From Mustelus asterias (lineage: Eukaryota), in assembly GCF_964213995.1 (NCBI RefSeq), contig NW_027590468.1, positions 190,071 through 250,000 on the forward strand: a stretch of DNA of 59,930 nucleotides, read 5' to 3'. Of this stretch, positions 23,955 through 37,089 are shown piece after piece (the first letter of the stretch is position 1; each line of letters starts with the position of its first letter). Under the pieces are notes generated by a model. The model had not been told where the DNA came from. It searched no databases and saw nothing but the letters and a program-made list of their open reading frames with translations. The position numbers and the translations under genes were made by a program.

Positions 23955-24015
23955 TAACATGGAGAGACTAGAAAGCTCATCTTTGGCAATGGAAGCAGGC
24001 TGATTGTGAAACCCA
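23955..24015 (+). CDS. TCR J segment 1 (*HGETRKLIFGNGSRLIVKP)
   Basis: RSS GGATCTTGT-12-CGGTGTG at 23927-23954; FGxG motif; donor gtaagt at 24016; first germline codon is TAA. Confidence 0.85.
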
Positions 24016-24379
24016 GTAAGTAGCTAATCCTGGATAATGATTACTCAACATGTTATTTTCCCTCCATGACATCATTGAGACATACAATCGCTGTGTTATT
24101 TCAATTATCACTGTTGTTGTATGGAACGGGTCAGCAGTTCTCATTGGGAATCCAAAGAGCAGCTTCACTGGGCATTGAGATAGAGCAATGAGAACTTTAT
24201 TGTTTCCACAATTCAGGATTGTTTCCTTAAAACATTTAACTGGCCTTTATCATGAAAACCCACCTGGGTAGCTGGCAAGGAGATGTATTGCTGAAATGAT
24301 TGTGTGTAATGCAATTAAATGATACATTGATAGATAGTTAAAAGAGGAACATCCCGATAGGGTCATAGAGCCATAGAGA

Positions 24380-25062
24380 TAGACAGCACTGTAAAAGTTG
24401 CTTCAGCCTAATGAGGGGCAGAGATAGAGTAGACAGGAAGACACTTATCCCCATAATAGAGGGATCAATGAGCAGTGCTTTTTGGGGGCGATGCATTGAG
24501 TTAAAGTGCGGGGTAGGAGAGTTAGAGAGAATGTGAAGAGAACTTTTCCCCCAAAGGGCGATAGGAGCCTGGGACTCAGTGCCTGAAAGGCCGGTGTTGA
24601 CAGAAACCCACACAACATTTAAGGTGTATTTGGATATGCACTTGAAATGCCATATCACAAACGGCAATGGGCCAAGTGCTGGAAAATAGGATTAGAAAAG
24701 TCAGCTGGTTTACCTTTGGTGGGGCAGACATGATGGGCCGCAGGACCTTTGATGTGCTGTAGACTTCTATTTTATTCCCTGGTGGGAGAGTCAAGGACCA
24801 GAGGCATAATCCTAGAGTAAGGGGTTGTCCATTTAAAGAAAGAGATGATGAAGAATTTCTTCTTTCGGATGGTTCCTAATCTGTGGACATCTTTACCGCA
24901 GAGGGCTGTCGTTAATAATGTTCAGTCCTGGGATAGACAGATTTTAAATCCACAAGGAAATTGAGGGTTATGGGCATACGGTGGGAAAATGGAGTTGAGG
25001 ATTATCACATCAGATCAGCCATGATCTCATTGAATGGTGAACCGAATAGCCGACTTCTGCTC
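24380..25062 (+). mobile_element. Two degenerate CR1 3' fragments
   Basis: Remnants of the FFxQRxVxxWNxLP region and CR1-like tails. Confidence 0.6.
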
Positions 25063-25156
25063 AGGGAGAGATATCAGGGGAGATGGAAAATATGAAGCAC
25101 AGTCGATTTATTGATCCAATAATGTGCCTTTTAAAATTGTGAAAATCGTAGTAACT

Positions 25157-25225
25157 AAGTGTGAGGGAGCGGGAAGGAGGAAACTGTTACATTTGGTTCG
25201 GGAGAGAAGCTAATTAAGACGAGTA
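25157..25225 (+). pseudogene. Degenerate J relic (ETVTFGSGEKLIKT)
   Basis: FGSG motif, AAGTGTG heptamer-like sequence and gtaac donor; no recognisable nonamer at 12 bp. Confidence 0.45.
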
Positions 25226-25305
25226 ACATTAACTTAAACTGAATGTAAGCTAGCCCTGTGTTCATGTGGCTGGTTCTATGTTTTGTGGTAGCCGTTAACA
25301 CTGTT

Positions 25306-25365
25306 CTATCTACCAAACTGAGAAGCTTGTCTTGGGCAAAGGGACAAAACTCACTGTGAAGCCCA
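25306..25365 (+). CDS. TCR J segment 2 (IYQTEKLVLGKGTKLTVKP), non-canonical
   Basis: RSS ATGTTTTGT-12-CACTGTT at 25278-25305 (the coding-proximal heptamer base is altered); LGKG replaces FGxG; donor gtaagt. Confidence 0.8.
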
Positions 25366-26801
25366 GTAAGTCCTCAACTATTTTCCATCCTGATCTATTT
25401 ACAGTAGGGGGATAATTGAAAGTTACAGTTCGAATATATAAGTCACGATATCGTGTTTTTTTTTCAATCAGTATCGACTTTTGGGGAGGAGGGGTAATAT
25501 AATGGCCATTAATAATTTGGGGAGGTCTTGTGGCGTAGTGTGTTAAAGTCTCTGCCTCTGAGCCAGAAACGTCGGGTTCGAGTTCTAATCAATGTACTTG
25601 ATGGCCAAGGAAGCTGAGTTCATAACGCGGCCCAACACTGGTGGTAAGAGTGGGAGCGATTCCTGCTCAGCCACGTTTGATATGGAGCGTGGCTTCCTAA
25701 ATCTCTAAGCCCCTGGCAACAGTATAGCGAACTGTTCCAAAAATAGCTAGCTCTGGAAGCAGATTATATATCCTTCCCTGACTCCTTACATAAGTTCCCA
25801 ACCACCTGGCATATTCGTTTCATTGGGTGACCTTGCATTATTGTGAGGTGGTGGAACTGGGTCGCGGCGGTGGCCTAGTGGTATTATCGCTAGATTATTA
25901 ATCCAGGAACTCAATAGTTTTCTGGCGACCCGCGTTCAAATCTCGCCACGGCAGATGGTGGAATTTGAATTCAATAATCTGCAATTAAGAATCTACAGTT
26001 GATAATGAAAGCCATTGTTGGAAAAACCCACCTGGTTGAGTAATGTCCTTCAGAGAAAGAAATCTGCCATCCTTATCTGACCTGGCCTACATATGCAATT
26101 TGGTTGACTCTCAAGGGCAATTGGGAATGAATAATAAATGCTGGTCAGCCACCGGTTGCCCATGTCCCATGAATGAATACAAAATATCTCACTTTTGGAA
26201 AATGAGCCCAAGTTGATTCAACTAAACGTAAACGCATCTTTCAGACTCAACTGACTTACCTCTTCGAAATCTAACAGGATTGTGACAATAAGAACAGATA
26301 ATGTTGGGAAAACCCCCAGCAGGTCAGGCAGCATCTGTAAGGAGAGAAAGCTTAGTTAACAAATTAAATACTATCCTTTGAATCGTATTTCTTTTCTGCC
26401 AGGGGTTGAGGCGTCACTGGCTAGGCCATGTTGCAAATTTCTGTTAAGGCATTTCAGAGATTGGCAGAGCAGGCGCTAAGGGCTGAATAGCCTTCCCTTG
26501 TTCCTATGTTTCCTAACCTATGTTCAGAGGCTAAATATATTTGTTGCAGGGGGAGGATGTGGATGCTATATTTGACTAGTGGCTACCTTGGCTCAGAAAT
26601 TCTTCACGTTGATAGAATCTTAGAGCATCCAAGGAGGGTATTCGGCCAATTTAGCCTTTGATGGTGCGAAGGGGAAGATATGCAATATCTGTTGCCTGCA
26701 GCGAATCAGTGACTATTCCAGCTTTGCCTTTGCCGTGAACTGCCTGAAATCTGAAACAGCTATCTCAATAGAAGGTTTCTGTCTGAGCAATTGTTACTGT
26801 G

Positions 26802-26851
26802 CTACGATAAGCTAACGTTCGGCAGCGGCACCCAGGTGACAGTTGTACCAA
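26802..26851 (+). CDS. TCR J segment 3 (YDKLTFGSGTQVTVVP)
   Basis: RSS GGTTTCTGT-12-TACTGTG at 26774-26801; donor gtgagt at 26852. Confidence 0.93.
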
Positions 26852-27174
26852 GTGAGTGTAAAGTCAGTGTTTCTTTTTCTTTCATTCCACATCTCCTCTG
26901 TGATCTAGTTTTCTGTTGTAAGTGTTCTAGTCAAGTTAGGCAGAGTGCCAATATAATATGTGGCATGCAGACGAAGAGATTGCACGGTTTTGAGTCAGTT
27001 TTGATCAAGCTCAGCTTACCCAGGCATTAGAGGGCCCCAGTATTATGGTATTGAACTGAGAAGCAGAATTGTGTCCTGTTAACGGGATAGGAAGATTCCA
27101 TCCAGAGAGTTAACCCAAAAGAAAGGGGGGAGACGAGCAAGCATCATTGTTCTGTTTAAACTCCAAAATCAAAT

Positions 27175-28000
27175 CTCTTACAGCAGAGATGGGGCCCTTC
27201 AGCCCGTCGAATCTCCACCAATAAAACGACACAAAATCTACACTAATCCCACTTTCTGGCACTTGGCCCATAACCTTGAATGTTACAACATTTGAACTGT
27301 TCATCCACCTACTGCTTAAATATTGAGAGTTTCCTCGCCTCTGTTACCCTCCCAGGCAGTGCATTCGAGACATCCACCACACTCAGGGTCAAAAACAAAT
27401 TTCTCAAATCCTCAGATCCCGCCTAAACGTCCTGCTACTCATCTTAAAATTATATCCCTCGTTATTGACCGGTTAACTAAGGGGAACAGCTGTTCCCACT
27501 TCCAGGCAATGCATTGCATGACAGAACCAATCGTTCTGTAAAAAAGTTATTTTCTCATTTCACTTTTTCCTCTGTTGGAAATCATTTTAAATCTCTGCCC
27601 TCTCGTTCTCCATCCTCTTGCGAGAGGGAACATCTCCTCCCTCTCTATTGTAACCAGCCCCCTCGTGATTTTGAACAGCTCGAATAAATCTCCTCTTAAC
27701 CTTCCCTCCAAGGGAACAGTTCCAATCTTTCCAACCTATTCTCATACCTCATAACTCATATTCTCATAACATTTCCAAGTTATTCTCAAACTGAAGTTGC
27801 TCATCCCTGCAACCGTCCTGTCAACCTTTTTACTTCACTCCCTCCAACGCATTCCCATCCTTCCTATAGTGGGGTTCCCAGAACTTTTCACAATATTCCA
27901 ATTGAGGTTTAATTGGATGTCTTGTATAAGTTCACCATAACCTCTTTGCTCTTGTACTCGATGCCTCGATCAATAAAGCCCAGAATGCTTCATTAGCCGC
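27175..28000 (-). mobile_element. Degenerate CR1 fragments
   Basis: Reverse-complement CR1 3' tail and RT C-terminal remnants. Confidence 0.55.
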
Positions 28001-29052
28001 TCTGGCAAAAAATACATAGAGGGTCTTAGAGTTACGATAGAACAACTGTACTGATAGGCAAACTGATGGCTTCGGTGGATAATTCCAACAGAAATAGGGT
28101 TCTCATAGCTGTTTAAAGAAAAATAATCCTGAGGGATGGAAAGTGCCCTGATGTGCCTTTGATGCCTCTTTCGAATGCTGTGTTAGCATTTACACTTTCA
28201 TAGGATATGAGCGTCACTGGAAAGGCGAACATTTGTTATTCATCCCTAATTGCCCTTTGAAATGAGTGACTTTCTCAGTTTTAGAGGGACAGTTGCGAGC
28301 CAACCACATTGCTCTTGGTCTGGAGTCACAAGTAGAACAGGACATATGAGATTTCCTTCCCTGAAGGACATTAGTGATTCTGTCGAGTCCTGAAGCGAAT
28401 CAAAAATTGTTTCATGGTCCCATTCCTGAGACTAGATTTCAACTCCAGATTTTATTAATCAAATTGAAGTTCCACCAGATGCCATGATGGGATTTATACG
28501 CACGTAGCCAAGTGTGTTGTCGTGACCTCTGTAATACTTTTTCAGTGGCATTATCATCCCGCCACTCATGGGCTTTTGAAACATTCGAGCAAAGGAACCT
28601 AAGTTTAATGGGAGAGTGGAAATAGAAACATAGGAAGTTGGAGCAGGAGTAAGCCATTCGGCCCTTCCAGCCTCCTCCACCATTCATTATGACCAAGGTT
28701 GGTCATCCAACTCAATAGCCTGTTCCTGCTTTCCCCCCATATCCTTCTATCCTTTTAGCCCAAGAGCCATATTTAATTCTTTCTTGGAAGCATAATGCTT
28801 TGGCTTCAACTGCTTTGTAATTGTGAATTGCACGGGATTTTCATTCTCTTGGTGAAAAAGAAATTCTCCTCATGTCAGTCCCATATCCTTTGGCAATGAA
28901 CCCCGGTTCTCGATCCTGCCGCCATCCTGCATCAACCCAGATGAACCGGCTGTGGAAGCAAATCGAATTTCAAAAACCTCGTCATGAAAAACAATCCTAA
29001 CATTGCTATTCATGTGGGTTATGTCAATTTTGTACCATCTGGTGTCACTATG

Positions 29053-29112
29053 CACACTTTGCAATCAGAAAGCTTATCTTTGGCAGTGGAACAAAACTCA
29101 CTGTCGAACCTA
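29053..29112 (+). CDS. TCR J segment 4 (HFAIRKLIFGSGTKLTVEP)
   Basis: RSS CAATTTTGT-12-CACTATG at 29025-29052; donor gtaagt at 29113. Confidence 0.88.
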
Positions 29113-30609
29113 GTAAGTGAATCTATTCTCTGCATTTATGTCTGGTTATAGTTTAAGAAAGTGTTGTCCGATTCTAATACACCTGTAAAGAATCTTCGTC
29201 CAGTAATAGCTGCTGTTTTTGTATTTAAAGGTCCAGTCTTTTCAAACAAAGAACAATACAGCACAGGAACAGGCCCTTCGGCCCTCCAAGCCCGCGCCGC
29301 TCCCCGGTCCAGGATTGAATCCTGAATCCAGGATCCCCGCCCAATTTTCCAGCCTATCTACATACCAATATCCTATCCACCGAGCTGTCCCCCACAGCTA
29401 CGATGCTTTGTTCATTACAACCTATTAACTCACCCCCACCCCCCCATTCCAGACCATGTGATCTCCAGGGAGAGGCGAAAACCCAGAGTGAAAAACCCCA
29501 GGGCCAATATGGGGAAAAAATGGGGCCAATATGGGTTGTATTGGTTGGGAGAGCCAGGGGGCGGGGGCGGGGGGCGGGGGGCGGAGAGCGTGGGGAGGGG
29601 GGGATTGGGATGGGAAGTGGTGTGGGTTAAGGAGTGAAAAATTAAAATGTCCTCTGACAACTCTGGGTCAGAATTTACAAACAGCAGATTATTAGAATCC
29701 TACAACAATGGAGGAGACCATTAGGCCCATAGCTCTTGCTTTGGGAACAGTAGAGTCATAGTCATTGAGTTTTACAGAACAGGAAGAGGCCCTGCGGCCC
29801 ATTGTGCCTGCTCTAGCCATTTAGCCCCTCTCTATTCCAGTTTCATTTTTCAGCACTTGGTTATCGCCTTATATATTACGGCATAAATGATCTTTGGTCT
29901 TGCGTGCCAAGGTCCCTCTAGTCCTCTGCACTTTCTAGCATCCTCCGGTTCATTATGCATTCCCGTGCCTTGCTACTCCTCGCAAAATGCATCACCTCAC
30001 ACTTTTCAGGATTAAATTCCATTTGCCACTGCTCTGCCTATCTGACCAGCCTGCCTATGTCGTCCTGTAATCTTTGCAAGTCAGTGACACTTCACTTCAT
30101 ACGAAAAAGATGTGTGCATTCTTGGCTTGACTTCGTGTGAACTTTGTATACAGCGCTCCCGAAATAATGCAAATTAAATGTTTTTCTTCTGTCCTCTGTG
30201 AGGTAAATATGATTCAACTGCTGCAATGCGAAATTTCTGTCTTGGAAATTGTTCCTGTACATTTACTAATTACTACACTGAGACATCCACATTCAGCGGT
30301 GAAGGTCGTGATCAGTAAGGATAAGCTTACTTAATATCATTATCTGCTGTGTGATGGACAGGGAACCAGCATCATGTGGGAAGGCAATTGAGGACATTGC
30401 ACCGATATAATGAACTTACATGGCTGAATATCCAGTTCAGCTGCTCCTAAACTTGCAGTGTCCAACCTTTGTAGATCCAATGTCATATTGTCATATTTGT
30501 AATGTCATATTGGACTAAAGAAACTTTATTTTTATTCCTTGGATGTGGGCATTCCTAATTTCCCACTGGACAATTTCAGGGCCCACTACATTGCTTCTTG
30601 AATCCAAAG

Positions 30610-30890
30610 TCAAAGTTCAAAGTTTATTTATTAGTCGCAAGTAAAACTTACATTAACACTGTAATTAAGTTATTGTGAAATTCCCCTAATCGCCACAGTC
30701 CGGCGCTTGTTCGGGTCAATGCACCTTAACCAGAACGTCTTTCAAAATGTGGGAGGAAACCGGAGGAAACCCACGCAGACACGGGGAGAACGTGCAAACT
30801 CCAGACAGACAGTGACCCAATTTGGGAATCGAACCCGGGTCCCTGGCGCTGTGTAGCAGTGCTAGCCACTGTGCTACCACGCCGCTCCCG
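30610..30890 (-). mobile_element. tRNA-derived SINE (HE1-related head)
   Basis: Same head/body as other SINE copies, with an alternative tail (aaagttcaaagttttatttattag). Confidence 0.75.
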
Positions 30891-33800
30891 CTAGCTGGCA
30901 TATTTCCTTCTCCAAAGGACATTGTTGAACTAAATGCACATTTGCTACCATACGCACCTAGTCTACTCTCAGCCGCCATCTTGGCAATAGCACATTCACT
31001 TCCCTCGTCCAAGTCACTAATGTATATTGTAAACAATTGTGTCCGGAGCATTGATCCCTGTGGCACTCCATCCTGAAAATACTCCTCTTTTCCCAACTCG
31101 CTGTCTCCTATCGATTAGGCAATTCTCTATCCATGCTAATATATTACCCCGAAAAGCACAGGCTCCTAAGTAATCTTTCGTCTGAGACCATGTCCAATTT
31201 TATTTTGCTGCAATGATAAGATGCAAACCATCGAACGACAAGGCTTTCTTAACGGCAATCGACGATGGTTGCCATAGTTTTTACTAGAGGCTAGATTTCG
31301 ATTAATTGAATTGAAATTGCATCAAGTGCTGGGGTGGGCATTGAATTCATTTCTTTAAGGGAATTAGCCTTGGTTTCTGCGTTGCTAATCCAGTGACATC
31401 GTCACTTCGCTACCACCATCCCATAATGTTGAATGAAGACTATTTAAGGATAGTTTCAATCATAAGCATGTTACAGAGCCAGAAATCAATGAGATTCATT
31501 TCGTTTTGTGGGCTTTATGAAATAATTAATATTCAGTGGCATTACCCAGCACTTTCCCGCACGGACATATAAAATATAGAGAAAGTTAGAAAATAAGAGC
31601 AGGAGTAGACCATTCGGCCTTTCGACCCTGCTCTGCCATTCGACACGACCGTAGCTGACCCTGTAACTCGACACCATACTCGCCCTCTCCCCATAATTTT
31701 TGACGCCTTAAGAGTATAGTAATATATTTCCATTTAAAATATATTCACTGATTTCGCATCCACAAACTTCTGCGGTAGATAACTACAGTTTTACCAGCCT
31801 CTGAGTGAGGGCATTTTTCCTCATCTCAGACCTAAATATCCAACCCGGTACACTGAAACTTTGACCCCTTGTTCTAGACCCCACCAAAGGAAACACCATC
31901 CCTGCACCCAGTCTGTCCGTGCCTGCTAGAATTCTGTATATTTCAATGACACCGCCTTTCATTGTTCGAACCTCCAGTGAATACAGATGCAGTCGCCCAA
32001 TCTCCCCTAAAAGGACAATCATGCCATTCCATTCTGGTGTGCTTTTTCTGCACTCTTTTTATTGCAAGTGTATTCTTTCTTCGATAAGGAGACCAAAACT
32101 GCACACAATATTAGATTTCGTCAAAAAAGGGTTGGATTTAGGAAATGTCTTAATGGAGGAAAGTGGCAAAATGCTTCCTGGTTTCGCTCCTGAAAGTCTT
32201 AAACATTAAACATCGTCTAAAATCCTGTTTGATTAAATCTTGGACTCCCCAACCAGCAGCAACTGTTCCTGTTTATCAACCCTCTCCTTTTGGGTATGAT
32301 TAAGTCACTCCTTAACTAAATTCCAGCGTTTTAGATTTAAACATCATTTACACTGTTAATCGAGTACTCTCAACATACATACTGCTTACAGAGTAAAGTT
32401 TCTTCTGCTTCTCTATTCAAGGAATTTTTAAATGCTGACTTGTAATTTTATGAAAAACGGAACATAAATGTTGCCGGTTCTGATTGCGGACTCTTTATTT
32501 CAATCATGATCTCAGATCTTCACATTCAAACATGAATATTAAGCTTCGAATATATTTTTCGGTCTCTCAGTGTTTGTGCTTTCTGTCTTCTTCACCTGTC
32601 TAAAGAATTTGAATAAAGACATTCGTTGATCAATCCTTACTCTTAGCATATAGACATTTATAAACAACATGGTTCTTTGATTTTGAATTCTAAATCTTAC
32701 ATTCAATTCTAACTTACATTTCCCTGCACTGAAAACATCCACTAGTTTTATCCATTCACAAACTATTAATATTTCTTTGCAAATCGGTGCTTCCAGCTAC
32801 GCTAATTACAATGCTGTTTGTGCGTCATTTGCAAACTAGCATATTCAGCATTCTATCATATTCTATCGCATTGTCTTAATAAATACAACTAAGCTGCATA
32901 TCATTCTGTATAGGTATATGTGTGTGTGTATGTGCGTTTGAGTGTGTGTGTGTGTTTATGTGTGTGTGTTTGTACTCCTCCATGTCTGTATGTCCATACC
33001 TGTCTGTGTAAGTGTCTGCGGCGTATTTAAGTATTCAAGCCTCGAAGCAACATAAGATCAGGCATTTGGCCCATCGATACTGATCGAACATTCAAACTGA
33101 TTATGGCACACTCACACACGTACCCACCCACACAAAAGCACACACACAAACACTCACACAGACGCACACAAGCACACACACACACGCACACACACATTCA
33201 TATTTGGTGACATACAAACGTACCATTTGCCTTCCTCACTGTTTGCTGTACCTGCACGCTAGCTTTTAGTGACCAGGTCTCTCTGGAAGTCAACTCTTTT
33301 CAACCTCGCACCATGTAGAAAATATTCTGTATTTCTGTTTTTTCCCCCCAACCATAGTGGATAACTTCATACTTAGTCACTTTTTAATCCCATCTGCCAT
33401 GTCTTTGCGCATTCACTCAGCCTGTCCAAATCTCCTTGAAGCCCCCGTTGCATCCTCCTCTCCATTATGTCTGTGCCATCAACAAGGTTTGAATTATTTT
33501 ATTTGGTCCCCACATCAAGTTTCTGCTTGTGTTCCAATCTCTGTGTTTGTTTCTGGGCATGTCTGCCTCTCAATACCTCAGTCTGAGTGTCTCTCGATTT
33601 GTGTGTGTGTTTGTGCGTGTGTGTGTACGCCTGTGTGCCTGTACGTCCATGCTTGTCTGTGTGAGTGTCTGCGGCGTGCAAATGTATTTCAATCTCAAAG
33701 GAGCATGAGTAGGCCATTTGGCCCAAAAATAATGCTCCAACTTTCAAACAGATCATGGTACACACACACACACACACACACACACACCCGCTCTCTCGCG

Positions 33801-34271
33801 CTCCTATTTGATTAGACAAATATGTATCATTTGCCTTCCACGTGTCTTGCTGTGCCGACATGCTAGTTTTTCGTGACCCATGAACAAGGACATCCAGCTC
33901 TCTCTGGCAACAACCCTGTCCGATCTCGCTCTGTTTAGGAAATACTCTGCCTTTCTGATGTCTTTTTTTTTCTGCCAGAATGGATAACTTCACACATATT
34001 CAGTTTTATTCCATCTGCCATGTTCTTGCCCATTGACTCAGCCTGTCCCAATTCCCTTCAAGTCCTCCTTGTATCCTCCTCACCATTAGTTGTGCTCATC
34101 AGCAAGATTGGAAATATTTTATTTGGTCCCCAAATCCAGTCTGTCTGTGTTTGTGTGTGGTTCTGGGTGTGTGTGTCTTTCAATGTCTCAGTGTGTGTCT
34201 GTGTATGTGTGCGTGTAGGGGGGGAGGGGGCGGTATGCCTGCCTCGAGATGCATGTGTCTGTCATAGTGTC

Positions 34272-35980
34272 ATAGAATCATAGAGGTTTACAACATGGAA
34301 ACAGGCCTTTTGGCCCAACTTTTTCATGGCGTCCTTTTTTTAAGCCCTAAGCTAGCCCCAATTGCCTGCATTTGGCCCATATCCCTCTATATCCATCTTA
34401 CCCCCATGTAACTATCCAAATGCTTTTTAAAACACAAAATTGTACCTGCCTCTACTACTACCTCTGGCAGCTTGTTCCGGACACTCACCACCCTCTGTGT
34501 GAGCAAAGTGCCCCTGTGGACACTTTTGTATCTCTCCCCTCTCACCTTAAACCCATGCCCTCTAGTTTCAGATTCCCCTACCTTTGGAAAAGGATATTGA
34601 CTATCTAGCTGATCTGTGCCCCTCATTATTTTATAAAGCTCTATGAGATCACCCCTCAGCTTTCTGCACTCCAGGGAAAAAAGACCCAATCTATCCAGCC
34701 TCTCCTTATAACTCAAACCACCAAGTCCCGTTAGCATCCTAGAAAATCTTTTCTGCACTCTTTCTAGTTTAATAATATCCTTTCTATAATAGGGTGACCA
34801 GAACTGTACACAGTATTCCAAGTGTGGCCTTACCAATGTCTTGTACAACTTCAACAAGACGTCGCAACTCCGATATTCAATGTTCTGCCCAATGAAACCA
34901 AGCATGCTGAATGCCGTCTTCAGCACTCTGCCCACCTGTGACTCCACTTTCAAGGAGTTATGAACCTGTACCCCTAGATCTCTTTGTTCTGTAACTCTTC
35001 CCAACGCCCTACCAGTAACTGAGTAAGTCCTGCCCTGGTTCAATCTACCAAAATGCCTCACCTCGCATTTGTCTAAATTAAACTCCATCGGCCATTCGTC
35101 AGCCCACTGGCCCAATTGATCAAGATCCCGTTGCAATCCGAAATAACCTTCTGCACTGTCCACTATGCCACAAATCTTGGTGTCACCTGCAAACTTACCA
35201 ACCATGCCTCCTATATTTTCATCCAAATCATTAATATAGATGACAAATAACCTTGGACCCAACACTGATCCCTGAGGTACACCGCTGGTCGCAGGCCTCC
35301 AGTTTGAATAACAACCTCTACAACCACCCTCTGGCTTCTGTCAAGCCAATTTTGTATCCATTTACCTTCCTCACCCTGGATCCCGTGAGATTTAACCTTA
35401 CGAACAACCTACCATGTGGAAACTTGTCAAAGGCCTTGCTAAATTCCATGTGGACAACATCAACTGCACTGCCCTCATCTACCTTCTTGGCTATCCCTTC
35501 AAAAACTCAATCAAATTTGTGACGCATGATTTTCCACTCACAAAGCCATGCTGACTGTCCCTAACCAGTCCTTGCGTCTCTAAATGCCTGGAGATCCTGT
35601 CTCTCAAAATACGTTCCAACAACTTACCCACCACGGATATGAGGCTCACTGGTCTATAGTTCCCAGGCTTTTCCCTGCAGCCCTTTTTAAACAAAGGCAC
35701 AACATTTGCCACCCTCCAATCTTCAGCACCTCACTTGTGACTAACGATGATTCAAATATCTCTGCTCGGGGTCCCGCAAATTCCTCCCTAGCCTCCCACA
35801 ATATCCAGCAATGCACATCATCAGGTCGCGGGAATTTATGTACCTCGATGCGCTTTAAGACTTCCAGCATCTCCTTCTCTGTAATACGTACATCACTATT
35901 TATTTCCCCAAGTTCCCTCACATCCATGCTTTTCTCAATAGTAAATACTGATGAGAAATCTTCATTTAGGATCTCACCCA
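34272..35980 (-). mobile_element. CR1-type LINE, ~1.7 kb RT region
   Basis: ORFs 34387..35265 and 35491..35712: ANVVPLFKKG..PGNYRPVSL, QHGF, IYINDLD, KFAGDTK, RPHLEYCVQFWSP. Confidence 0.92.
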
Positions 35981-36314
35981 TGTGTGTGTGTGTGTGTGTG
36001 TGTTTGGTGTGTGTTTGTGTGCATATGTGTCTGTGCATGTATGTGTGTCTGCTGATGTGCCTGGGCATGTGTGCGTGTGAATGTGTATGTGTGCATGTGT
36101 GTGTGAGAGAGAGAGAGAGGCGTCACTCCTTAGCCTTCTCTGTGCGAAGGCAAAAAGCCCTAGCTTATCCAGTCTCAGCATTCGGTAAATTAATGGAGAA
36201 ACTTATATAGGGTTAAGACACAGAAAAAATGCGGTCTAATCGAATGGCGCGGCAGGTTGGAGGAGGTCATCCTGTTGGATTCTGATTCTTTCCTTTTATT
36301 TCATAAATTTCCAG

Positions 36315-36626
36315 AGGCGAAAGACCCGAAAATCCCAAAATTGAGCGTCTTTTACCCGCCAGTGCCACCGGGAACAACCGACATCGACACAGCTGCAGTT
36401 TGCTTGGCCTCGGATTTCTCCCCCAAGACAATCAAGCTCTCCCTGTACACGGGATCCGGTCAGGAGGTCAATGTGACAAGATCCAGTGTCCTATTGGAGA
36501 GCGGGTATTACAGGAGCTCGGGTTTCCTCGCTTTCGCCCAATCCGGGAAATCGCCAAACATCACGTGCAAGGCATTTCACGATAAACAAAATTACTCAGT
36601 AAACATCCCGCCCACAGCTGAAATTG
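36315..36626 (+). CDS. TRDC: TCR constant region exon 1 (C1-set Ig domain), delta-like
   Basis: Phase-1 acceptor compatible with all Js; PKLSVFYP..AAVCLASDFSPK..NVTRSSVLL..SSGFL..NITCKAFH. A full two-Cys domain with a C-x-x-x-H F-strand fits C-delta better than the reduced C-alpha fold; donor gtaagt at 36627. Confidence 0.85.
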
Positions 36627-37089
36627 GTAAGTTTATTTTATTTTCGTTCACGTGATGTGGGTGCCGTTGGCTTGGCCAGCATTTATCGCCCGTCCAAAGC
36701 TGCCCTTCAGCAGAGGGCATTTAAGAGTCACTTGCCGGCCAGACAATGCAAGGACGGCAGATTTCCCTCTCTAAAGGATATTACTGAACCAGATGAGTTT
36801 TAACGATAATCGACAATGATTTCATGGTCATCATTAGACTTCTAATTCCATTTTTAAAAAAATAATCAAATTTCGCATCTGTCATGGCGGATTTCGAACA
36901 CGCATCCCCAGATCAATATTCTGGGTCGTTGGAGTACTAGCCCAGTGACAATGCCACTGCGCCACTGCCTCCTCTGAGAGTGTTTTATGATAGGAAGAAC
37001 GTCCACTAAATATTATCCATCCTCTTAACGACCGAAGGACTCTCGGTGTCATCGTCACCCAAAATGTAGTCTTTTTGAAAGATTAGCTG

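Noticed and set aside
25098-25140. CACAGTC as a possible D 3' RSS
   Set aside because: No nonamer at 12 or 23 bp and no 5' RSS.
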